In this document: piece by piece, positions 12,301-24,300 of the stretch | Layout: every line of letters starts with the position of its first letter | Position numbering within the stretch: position 1 is the first letter of the stretch | NCBI RefSeq assembly: GCF_964194155.1 | Contig: NC_135893.1 | Span: 24,180,001-24,244,000, forward strand | Source: Cetorhinus maximus | Lineage: Eukaryota | Direction of reading: 5' to 3' | Length of the DNA: 64,000 nt | Program-made: the position numbers and the translations under genes | The notes under the pieces: model-generated | The model's database searches: none | What the model saw: the letters and a program-made list of their open reading frames with translations, nothing else | Told to the model about the DNA's origin: nothing

Positions 12301-15300
12301 ACATGGTTTTTGTTTTGCAGGCCTCCCCAACGAGTTGGCCTGGGGCCAGAAGAAAGCAGCATATTACAATACAGACTATGTCGACGAGCTTCCACGTAAG
12401 TGTAGTAATTTTCCATCTTGAACCAGCTTCAACAAGGAGGGAAAGATTTCCCCCATGCATTGCACGTAATAGAATCGTAAACCTGTTCTTTACAGACAAA
12501 TTTTTGATTTTTGTCGCATGTACTGACAGCTTCTCCCCACTTTAAGAATTAAAAATAAGAAATATATAATAGATCAGTTATCACCAGAAAACGAAAATGG
12601 GTTCATGTTTTGGTTGGCAACCCCCTCATCAGAACTGACAATACTGAAGTCGCTGCTGTTCTCTGTGAGCTGAGCTATACTGGACCGTACTCATTCCGAT
12701 GTCCCGAGGCTGGTTTCTGCTCTTTTCTTGGAATGTGCCACGAGGTGGTTTGTAAGAGCACTGGTGAGAATGGAGTCAGACTCTGTATTGGTAATGTGTG
12801 TTGTGGAAAATTTCAACAAATGGGGACACATTCCCATATTCAGTAGCACAATGGATTTAATGCAGGTGTGCTCAGTTCTTCACATTCCCCTTGCATGTTT
12901 TAGTGCTACATTCTCTACCCTCTCATTCAGCCCATTATCCTCCTCTTACTTCTGGAGCTGTTAAGTTATTGTTCAGTAGGAATCCTGTACTTTCACATTC
13001 CCAGGAAGTTTCCATGTTGGGGCTGTGCTTTTTAAAAGATAGATGCTTGGACACTGGAATCTCAGTGAGACACTAGGCTGGTATTTTGGAAAGATGGAAT
13101 CAAGTGTGACAAAGGAGTTTCATCTGCAGCTGTCTAGTGCTGTGCATCTTAAATAAACTGCAATGAGAATCTGCTTTAGCACACTAGGCTGCAGCCACAA
13201 GTGTCCACTGTCATTCCTTACATCTCTGGCGATACTACATGTTGGATCTGATTTGCAGATTTTCTCACATCCAGCCCTTTGGAAGCAATAGATGTTGATC
13301 TTGGGGATGTCTGGATCAGTGAATGTTTATTTTTGCTTGAAGTCCCTCTTGTCTCTGGGTGACATTCGAGCAATGCATGACTTGTTTGCATTCTCCACTA
13401 GTGATCCTGGGAGCTGTGTGAAAGTAGCTGATTCCAAATACCTTTTTTATCATAGTGGCACAGCTGAAATGTGGTGCATTATATTGAGCTTTGCATCAAG
13501 GTAACCTCTCCCTTTTTACATGAGAACCTCAGCTGGAAAATGATAATCTTGCATTTTCCATTTTGTGCTTCACCATCCTGATGAATATTTACTAGTTAAA
13601 TCAGGGAGGTGTAGGAATTTATCATGGAAACTAGGAGCAGGCCCTTTGAGCCTGCTCCGCCATTCATTATGATCATGGCTGATCATCCAACTCAATATAG
13701 ATATAAAAACAAAAAACTGCGGATGCTGGAAATCCAAAACAAAAACAGAAATACCTGGAAAAACTCAGCAGGTCTGGCAGCATCGGCGGATAAGAACAAA
13801 GTTGACATTTCGAGTCCTCATGACCCTTCAACAGAACTAAGTAGAAATGGGAAAGGGGTGAAATATAAGCTGGTTTAGTGGGGGAGCGGAGAGAAGTGGG
13901 GGGGGTTGTTGGGACAAGCAAGCAGTGATAGGAGGAGATAACCAAAAGATGTCACAGACAAAAGAACAAAGAGGTGTTGAAGGTGGTGATATTATCTAAA
14001 AGAATGTGCTAATTAAGATTGGAGAGCAGGACGAGCAAGGTGGCTCTAGTGAGGATGGGGTGAAATAAACCATGGGTGGAATACATTTAAAAATAATGGA
14101 AATAGGTGGGAAAAGAAAAATCTATATAAATTATTGGAAAAAACAAAAGGGAGGGGGAAGAAACGGAAAGGGGGTGGGGATGGAGGAGGGAGTTCAAGAT
14201 CTAAAGTTGTTGAACTCAATATTCAGTCCGGAAGGCTGTAAAGTGCCTACCATGTCCGGCCCATCTCCTGTGCATCCGCCCTCACGCCTTCTCCTCCCTC
14301 CCAGAAACATGATAGGGTCCCCCTTGTCCTCACTTACCACCCCACCAGCCTCCGCATTCAAAGGATCATCCTCCGCCATTTCCGCCAACTCCAGCATGAT
14401 GCCACCACCAAACACATCTTCCCTTCACCCCCCCGGCGGCATTCCTTAGGGATCGTTCCCTTTGTGACACCCTGGTCCACTCCTCCATCACCCCCTACTC
14501 CTCAACCTCCACCTACGGCACCTCCCCATGCAAATGCAAAATATGCAACACCTGCCCCTTCACTTCCTCTCTCCTCACCGTCCAAGGACCCAAGCACTCC
14601 TTTCAAGTGAAGCAGCATTTCACTTGCATTTCCCCCAACTTAGTCTACTGCATTCGTTGCTCCCATTGCGGTTTCCTCTACATTGGAGAGACCAAACGCA
14701 GACTGGGTGACCGCTTTGCAGAACACCTTCGGTCTGTCCGCAAGCATGACCCAGACCTCCCTGTCGCTTGCCATTTTAACACTCCACCCTGCTCTCTTGC
14801 CCACATGTCTGTCCTTGGCTTGCTGCATTGTTCCAGTGAAGCTCAACGCAAACTGGAGGAACAGCACCTCATCTTCCGACTATGCACTTTACAGCCTTCC
14901 GGACTGAATATTGAGTTCAACAACTTTAGATCTTGAACTCCCTCCTCCATCCCCACCCCCTTTCCATTTCTTCCCCCTCCCTTTTGTTTTTTCCAATAAT
15001 TTATATAGATTTTTCTTTTCCCACCTATTTCCATTATTTTTAAATGTATTCCACCCATGGTTTATTTCACCCCATCCCCACTAGAGCTACCTTGCTCGTC
15101 CTGCTCTCCAATCTTAATTAGCACATTCTTTTAGATAATATCATCACCTTCAACACCTCTTTGTTCTTTTATCTGTGTCATCTTTTGGTTAACTCCTCCT
15201 ATTACTGCTTGCTTGTCCCAACAACCCCCCCTACTTCTCTACCCCACCCCCAACTTTAAACCAGCTTATATTTCACCCCTTTCCCATTTCTACTTAGTTC

Positions 15301-18300
15301 TGTTGAAGGGTCATGAGGACTCGAAACATCAACTTTGTTCTTCTCCGCCGATGCTGCCAGACCTGCTGAGTTTTTCCAGGTATTTCTGTTTTTGCTTTGT
15401 CATCCAACTTAATAGCCTGCTCCTGCTTTCTCCCCATACCATGATTAGATTCTCAGTATCTGGTTGTTTACACACTTTCAGGTGGTAAGGGTCAGGTGGA
15501 GGCACTGGCAGAAGCTGAGGAGGAGGAACAAGAGGCTTTGAATATTCAGAAACGTTTGGCTGAGAATCTCACGGAGGATGACTTTGGACTTGACCTTATT
15601 CAGGTAACCACCAGCTCAAGTTGAGGTGTGAAAGCGGTATTGGCACCAGATTCAGTGCGTAAAGTCAAGTTGCATTGAAGGAAAATTTTTGACTTAATTG
15701 AAGTAATGTTTGACAAATAGGCATCTCTGGTATGTTTCTTTACTAAGGTTTTATTAATTAAAAAGTGTTGATCCAGACTTCCTGCTTTCTGTCTTCCATG
15801 CTACTGGATTTAGGGCACACCTCCATTAGGACTCGACTTTCATCTGCCTTTGCAATGCTTGCTCAATATCAACTATGTTCCATGTCTTTGCACTGCATTG
15901 ACCCACATGGGCAGATGTGATTTGTTCTGGTGGAACTGATTTGTAGAAAATAATGGGGAAGTGGAATGCTTCCCTGAATTAATCTCTGCAACTGCCTGTA
16001 CTACCTGCCAAAAAGTCAGTAGAGGGAGAGGGGTGGGGAAAGAAGATAGCTCAGACTGTTATAATGTGAGATGTGTCATTCTCATATTCACAGAATGCTT
16101 TGCAATCCTCGTTCATTGTATTTAAAAGCTGTTTATGGGTTTATGCTCGGTAGCATTGTCATCAGGGTCTAAGTGTAAGACTGGCTACTGGGTGACCTCA
16201 TGAGCCAATATTTGCTCCCGTGTCCCTTTTCAGACAGTCATTGGTTTGGGTATCGGAGCAGTCCGGAATAATTTTTCCTTTTCCACCACCCCCTCCACAA
16301 TCTCCTGAAAGAAGTTGCGTGGTGTCTGTTTGGTGCATCTTATGCCCTATCTTGGTTATAATATTGAGGTCCCCATCATACTCCTATTCAATGGATTATT
16401 GAGCTCTAGTAACCCTTGGTCGTCTTTTCACCACCAGTCACATATAATGTGGGTTTTCTCCCCAACAATGCTGCACATTACCGAGGAGTGTCCCCTTTAC
16501 AGACTAAACGGCAGACTAATCACCTTAAACTCAGCAAATGATGCTATTGCTTGGCTTTGGGGGTTTGCATTCATTATATAAATAAATAATTTAATCCTCC
16601 CATTATTAATTATATTTTTAAGCTCTCTCTGAAAGTAAGGGATGCATCACACTTTGTCAAAGTGGTCCTAGGCAGCAAATAGCCACCCAGGGAGATGGAT
16701 GTGCAGGAGATTGGCTCATGTGTTTTAAATCCACACTGTGTCTGAAGCACAACCTTTATGTAGCAGCTAGATCAGTTCAGTATTGTCTTGCACCCTTTTC
16801 ACGGTATTTGAGTGCTGTTCCTAAATTTGAAGATTTGAGAAATCTAGTCTTAATCCATGTAAAATAAATAATAGTATTACAGCGCTACTTGAATTTTGCA
16901 CTGTAAACTCGTACTACTAAGAGCCAGATTACAATTTCACAAACTTGCCTCTCTGAGAGCCTTAAATAACTATCCAAAAGGGATCTTCAACCCTCCATTT
17001 TCTCAGCTGCACTTGTCTGTAAATCCCAGCAAAGCTCTATACCTCTGACTAGAGGAGACACCATCTCTATTATTAGTGCTGGATTTGTGATGCGAGTCCC
17101 CAAAAGGAAGGGCATTCATTCCTTAAATCTGAAGTTTTTTTTCCCCCCTCTCCCATCAACTTAATCGCTTTGGAGACTATAATTCTGCTCAGTGCCTGTT
17201 TTGTATAGGCAATCGACCATGATTCCTTTTCCTGATTACTATCCATGTCACAAGTTTTGTATGACTATCAGGTGAGAAGATATCCTGCCAACACGCATAC
17301 ACAACAAAATGAGCAATTGGGTGAGATATCTTGAGAGCTGCCAGCACTCCTGAGACTGTATTTCAAAGGAGGCAGAGTTTTCTGGAAGGGCCGAGGGGAA
17401 GATTTGATAATTTCAGGAGTTTTTACCCAGAGGGTGGTGACAGTCTGGAATGCACTGCCTGGGAGGGTGGTGGAGGCAGGTTGCCTCACATCCTTTAAAA
17501 AGTACCAGGATGAGCACTTGGCATGTCATAACATTCAAGGCTATGGGCCAAGTGCTGGTAAATGGGATTAGGTAGGTAGGTCAGGTGTTTCTCACATGTC
17601 GGTGCAGACTCGATGGGCCGAAGGGCCTCTTCTGCACTGTGATTCAGATTCTGAGTGTTCTTGTTGCAGGCATTTGCCCAGGAACAGGAGGCTGAGAGAG
17701 AGCCAGAAAATGATCTGAAAATCAAAAAGGATTTGAAGAAAATGTCCCACAAAGAGCAGATGAAACTGCTGAAGAAAGAGTCACCAGAGCTTCTGGAACT
17801 CATTCAGGACTTCAAAGCGAAGGTTAGCAAAACTTTTAAAGCCACTCTGCGTTTATTTATCTGTTTTAGTGTTTTTAGTGTTTTTGAGTCTGAGTTCAGA
17901 AGTAGGGATGTCTTACTGCAGTGAGACCCCACCTGGAGTATTGCATGCAGTTTTGGTCTTACTACCTAAGAAAGGATATACTTGCCATAGAGGGAGTGCA
18001 GCGAAGGTTCACAAGGCTGATACTGGGATGGCAGGACAGTTGTATGAGGAGAGATTGGTTCAACTGTGCCTGTATTCAATGGAGTTTAGAAGAATGAGAG
18101 GGGATCTGATTGAAACGTATAAAATTCTAACAGGGCTAGGCAGATTGGATGCAGGGAGGATGTTTCCCCTGGTTGGGGAGTCTAGAACCAGGGGCCACAG
18201 TCTCAGGTAATGGGGCAGGCCATTTAGGACTGAGATGAGCAAAAATTTCTTCACTCAGAGGGTGGTCATCCTGTGGAATTCTCCACCACAGGAGGCCGGG

Positions 18301-21300
18301 TCACTGAGTATATTCGAGAAAGAAATTGATAATTTTTTGCATATTAGGGGCATCAAGGGGTATGGAGAGAAAGTGGGAATATGGCGTTGAGATAGAGGAT
18401 CAGCCATGATATTGAATGGTGGAGCAGGCTCAAAAAAGGGCTGAATGGCCTACTCCTCCTAGTTTCTATGTTTCCGGATGTTGTTGTATATAGTTGAGTA
18501 ATAGTCAATCTCGTGTGTAAGGCAACCCCTGACTTTCGTCCAAAAAATCCTTAATTTTTCATTTATCTCACATAAGGCGACCCCAAGTTTTTGGCCAAAA
18601 ATACCTAATTCTTTCTACTTGCTGCAGCTCTCACTTTCCGCTTTCTCTCCTGAACCTGTGTTATGAACGAGAGCTCAGGAGGGGCAGTGAGAGGGAAGAA
18701 GTGAGCAAAAGGAGGTGCGAGCGGGAGAGCTGAGCAGGGAAGCAGCAAACGGCGAGAGTCAGGCAAAGGCGCAGCTTTGAGAGGTAGTCAGGCATGGCAT
18801 TGGGAGAGTGTGTTGGGCAGGAGAGAGATAGCCGGGTAGGGGCGTGGCATGGAGAGAGTGTGATTCGGGCAGGAGCACGGAGTGGAGAGAGAGAGAGAGT
18901 CGGGTGGGGGGGGGGTGGCGTGGAGAGGGATAGTCGGGCAGGGGCATGGCGTGGAAAGAGTGTGATTCGGGCAGGGGCACGGAGTGGAGAGAGAGAGTCA
19001 GGTGGGGGGAGTGGCGGCGTGGAGAGTGTCGGGCAGGGGCATGGCATGGCGTGGAGAGAGAGAGTAGGGCGGGGGCGTTGCAAAGGGAGAGTGAGGGGAG
19101 AGAGAGTCGGGCGGGGGCGTGGTGAAGGGAGAGTGAGTCTCGGGGAGAAGCTGCTTCAAAATGGTGGCTGTCATGTCACACACTCTCTGCCGTCCCTGGC
19201 GCAAAATGATTTCAACCTCTCAAATATTACTTGTATATATGTCGACTCCCTACTGTTTGCCTAAAAATTTGGTCTCAAAAACTCAACATTTACAAAAGTA
19301 TAGTAAAAAGGATTTAAAATTAAATAAATCTGAAGTACAGTGAAATTGGTTTTAAAGAAAATGCCAGAAGTTGTGGAGCAAAAAATTACTTCACTGAGTT
19401 TTTTATTTGTTCTTGGGATGGCAAGGCCAGCATTTATTGCCCATCTCTAATTGCCCTTTAGAAAGTGGTGGTGAGGTCCTCATTTGGTAAATAAGGGTAA
19501 GTTGATCATTGTTGGGAATGGGACTGTCCTTTTCTGGTAAGGATTTCCAGAGCACTTTGGCGTGTTGATGTGAATTCAGGCCAACTGTCTTTGATGCATT
19601 CCAATTCTTATCAATTCAATTTTCAGGAAAGCACAGATTTAGGGTCACATTTCAATCTATACACTTTTACAAACATCGACTTTCCAGAATAGTTTAAATT
19701 TTTTGAAAAAAAATTATATCCAAAATGCACCCCAGATAAGATGCAAACCTGGAGGTTGACTGTCTCTTTTCATCAGTTGCCACAATTCGGTATGCAGCCT
19801 CTGAAATGTGAAATTATGCTTCGGTAGTACAGTTGCCTGGATTTCTCTTCACCTTTGCAGGAAGATGTGTGACTTTTAACTATAGAAATCTTCCTCTTTT
19901 ATAAGCTGCTTAGGAAGACAAAGGTTGAACATTCCTGTCTTAGATGCTTGCTGCTTGTTAGGATTGTGGAGTGATTGTAAAACCATTGCTGATAAGTTCC
20001 TCTGAGAAGCAGTACATTTGTTTCTGATTTATCTCTTGCAGCTTGCAGAATTGAGGGATGAGCTGCATCCACTGATGGAGATGGTGCAGAGTGGGAAAAT
20101 ACCTGCAGGGAAGGTATGATGGGAACAAAATAACTATTTGTGGCAGGGTGGAGATTGAGAGTTCAGGCTGTCGGGAGTGTATTGTAATAATTGTTCTCTT
20201 TATTCACAGGGTGCCAACTATGTGCAGACCAAGTACCACCTGTATCTGAAGTAGGTTTCTTTGATAGTACCTTGGCGAGTCTGTAACCTTTCCAGAAAGT
20301 GATCAGCTGGGAGACTATGCAGAGGCTTTAAATGTAGGGCGTCCAGTCTGTTAGCCACTAGTCTCCATATGTGGCTAATTGCATTTTTCATTAGTAAATA
20401 ATAATGAATAATGGACAGACATGTATTCTCAATGCTCGTGTTCACAATGCCTGTGTCCTTTGACCTTTTGTGCGTTTGATGGGAAGGGGCAAAAGCAGAG
20501 TGTACAAGTTTTTTTAATTGTTTGTGCTTTACTTCCTTGGTTACTGCTCATTGGTTATCTGCTAAAATGTTATATGATATTGTTGAAAATGTTGGACTTT
20601 AGCACCACGGAAACGCCAGCAACATACTATAGAATAGGGAGCCTGTTATCGTGAAATAACCACCGAGGGAATATGGGTATTTCTTGTATTGTGCCTGAGA
20701 AATATATATTCCATATACTATACAGGGGTGGGATGTGCTGTACATCGAGAATAATTTACACTTCCAATGGGTCTCTGGGATGAGAGGATTGTCCTATGAT
20801 GAGAGGTTAAGTAAATTGGGTCTATATTTTCTGGAGTTTAAAAGAATGAGAGGTGATCTTATTGAAACACAAGGTCCTGAGCGGGCTTGACAGAGTAGAT
20901 GCAGAAAGAATGTTTTCCCCTCATAGAACTAGGGGAAAGTTTAAAAGTAAGGGGTCTGCCATTTAAGACTGAGATAAGGGGGAATTTCTTCTCTCAAAGG
21001 GTTTGTGAATCTTTGTAATTCTCTACACCAGGCGTTGTGGATAGTCCATCGTTGAATAGATTTAAGGCTGAGATTGACAGATTTTTGATGTCTCAAGGAA
21101 TCGAGAGATTATGGGGAGCAAACGAAAAAGTGGAATTGAATCAGCCATGATCATATTGAATGGTGAAGAAGGTTCAATGGGCCGAATGGTCTACCGCTGC
21201 TCTCTTTGTTTTAAATTCTTTTGTCTCACATCTCTAAAATTTTCCTCACTGCTTTTTGTTTAAACTTTCAAACATTGTTTATAATTTTCTTGTTCTCATC

Positions 21301-24300
21301 TATAGCTACTGTACAAACATTAGTTTTTACCTGATACTGAAGGCAAAGCGGATCCCAGTGCACAATCACCCAGTAATTGAGAGACTGCTCACCTACAGAA
21401 ATGTGAGTATTACCTGGTTTAACTGCACCAGGGTCTAGTTTTCCTTGCATCTTTCCCTACCCATGGTTAAGACCACAGGGACAGCCTGGGCTCATGTTTC
21501 TGTTTGTCATTCAAAATCTAGTTATTATGCAGCGAAAAAGATTAGCATAAGAATGCTTCCCTCTGATTTGTTTTATTCTTTCCTACATCCTCTCCCCCCA
21601 CCCACCCAAACCAGCTTCAAACTCATTGAAGTACATTAGTTCTGTTGAAGAGTCATATGGACTCGAAACGTTAACTGTATTCCTCTCTGCAGATGCTGTC
21701 AGACCTGCTGAGTTTTTCCAGGTATTTTTATTTTTGTTTTTGTTTTGGATTTCCAGCATCCGCAGTTTTTTGCTTTTATCATTGAAGTACATTATTCACT
21801 GGGCAGTAAAACCCCAGTGGTTTGGGATAGGTGGTTCCCAGCTTTAAAAAAATGCCTGAGTTTAAACACAACTTGTGCAGATTTCTCCTCTTTTCTTGCA
21901 AGTGACGAATGTGTTTTCTTCTTGCAGCTGATCAATGACTTGGTTGGAGTAGGTGAGAAGCTGTCACCTGAAATCCAACAGCTTTTGAACCCGGTTAGTC
22001 AAGAGCATGGATCAGTTGTGGAAAAAGATCAACTCGCCTCCGAGGTGAAGAAAGCCCAGAATCAATTGAGCAAACAAGCTAAAGCTGAACAAAGAGCAGA
22101 AGAAAAGGTGAGATGTAGGAGGCTTTCCTCAGGTTAGTAGGGACAGAATCCAGATTTCATAGGGTGAACTGATGTTGCTAGTTGTGTCAAGTATAAAAAG
22201 TGTGGACACATGACAGTGACGCTGAGCTATGTCAAGAGTTGTGATCACTATGTTCATACAAGCTTAATATTGAAGCTGAAATGTGAGTTTTATGGTGAGC
22301 TTTGATGGACTGAATCTGTTCCTTTCAGTTCTTCTTATTATACTTGGGTTGGATTTAATAATTAGAAACTTTAATTCAAAACTTTTCCCAGCTCATGTTA
22401 ATTATCCTTCAAGCCTATTTTTCACTTTCTCTTTTGCCCCAGGGAGTGAGTTACGCAAAAGTGTACAGTGTACAGACTCCATCCATGTTGACACCAGACA
22501 GTGGGGCACAAAACAACCCTTAACTGCACTACATCAAAGCAAGTCTAGTTAGGAAAATAACATGAAAGTAGAAGAGATTTGACTTGGATTTTGTTCAATG
22601 CTTTGGGGAGTTAGATGTTAATACGGGGATCCCTTTCTCTAATCGATGCTATGAATGGGTATATTTGGCTCACTTAGTACGATTTTCTGCCTTTCCACAC
22701 GTTAAGTTTACAGGACTAATGTTTTGATGCAGGTCACTGATCAGGAAGCCTCTAGGGACTCCAAGTCTGATGCGGATGAAGAAGCAGCATTCCAATATTA
22801 TAAGGAAATGGAGGAGAGGCTGACACAGAAGAGAAAGCGAGCTCAACTGAACAGGTGCTGATTATTTACATATGAGTATGCATGTATATTATTGTGTTTT
22901 TAAAACATGACCTAGATTGTGTCCCCTCTAATCAGGAGAATGGCTACCTTGTGTGCTCTGCACAGCATGTAAATTGATAATTTATTTAGTGGGGAGAGGC
23001 ATCATGCATTAATTCATATATATCTTAAAAAATTAGCTGCCTTGGGGGTGGGAAGATATGACATGGTGGAGGAGCAATGTAGTAATGTGCATGGGCACTC
23101 AGAATGGCTTTGACAAGCTACCATGTGGGATATTGGAGAATAGAGGATATGGGTTTACAGAAAGGGTAACAACTTAAATTAGAACAGAGGGAATTGAGTG
23201 AAGGAACTAAAGGCAGTTTCTCAAGGTGATTAGAAGTCAGTAACAGTGCCTCACAGCATTCTGTTCTAGTGGGAGTGGCATCCAAATTTGCATACAATAC
23301 TAAAATGGGTGGTATAGCAAGTAATTCTCAGGACCAAAGGGACCTTGATGAGATGAGGGAATGGTCAAAAAAGTGGGAGATGGAATTCAATGTCAGCAGA
23401 TGTGAAGTGGTACATGTTTTTTAAAAAAACAAGTAGTGAGGGAAATTATGGCTGATGTGGGTGAGCAGAGTAATTTGAGGGTTCATGTTCATAAGACATT
23501 AAAAGCAGCATAACAAAAACAGAAAAACTCAGCAGATCTGGCAGCATCAGCGGCGAAGAAAAGAGTTGACGTTACGAGTCCTCATGACCCTTCAGCAGAA
23601 CTGAAGCAGCATCTCAAGTGGAAAAGGCCATAATGAAAGCGAATGTAATATTGGATTTTATTGTGAGAGTTACAAGTTATTTAGTTTGTGTTGTAATGGT
23701 AAATTTATATAAAGCCATAGTAAGATCTCAATTGGAACAGTGTGTGCAATTTTGGGCTGTGCACTATAGAAGGATGTAGAGATAGTAGAGAGGGTACAGT
23801 ACAGATTTGCTGGGATTCTGCCTGGTATGAGGAAATCCAAATATGAAAAGATTTTGAAAAATTGGATTGTTTTTGCAAGAACAGAGGAGATGTAAGTGGT
23901 GATTTGATGCAGTTGTTTCAAATTATGAAGGGGTGGGAGAGAGTAGATAGAAACTGGTTTATATGATCGATGTCTGCTGGTTCTAAATCAGGGATCTGCA
24001 CCCTGCAGCTCTGGAACCACATGTGGCTCCTTAACATCTCATTTGCAGCTCCTAACCTTTTCCAGTTGTATCGCATTAATATGAAAAAGCCTAAAAAGAG
24101 AAAATTAAGTCAAGAAAAGTAAGAGTTGTGTTTTTATTTTTTGGAATTAGGAGCTAATCATTACGCTGCACTTCATGGTTTCAAATGATTCTTTAACAAA
24201 AAACATTGTGCTCTAAATAAACCAGTTTGAGTGGTCATAGGGGTTATAGATATGGTCTTTGCTTCAAGGAACAGGTTTTCTGATTGTGACCATTATAGCT

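Larger units (their letters stand above)
13698..15399 (+). mobile_element. 5'-truncated Penelope-like retroelement (Neptune-type) with an inverted pseudo-LTR
   Basis: GIY-YIG ORF 14607-14936 (NLVYCIRC..C...YIGETKRRLGDRFAEH...HF...GLN) preceded by a PCKCKICNTC linker; about 13738-14249 is the reverse complement of about 14881-15398; TSD tcatccaact(c/t)aata at 13683-13697 and 15400-15414, inside a CR1 3' remnant. Confidence 0.93.

Noticed and set aside
14072-15058. Duplicated peptide [16 protein letters not shown]... on both strands suggesting a gene pair
   Set aside because: Antisense translation of the two inverted Penelope arms.
18661-19264. Long ORFs (140 and 156 aa) on both strands
   Set aside because: They are translations of the G/A minisatellite; low complexity with no domain.
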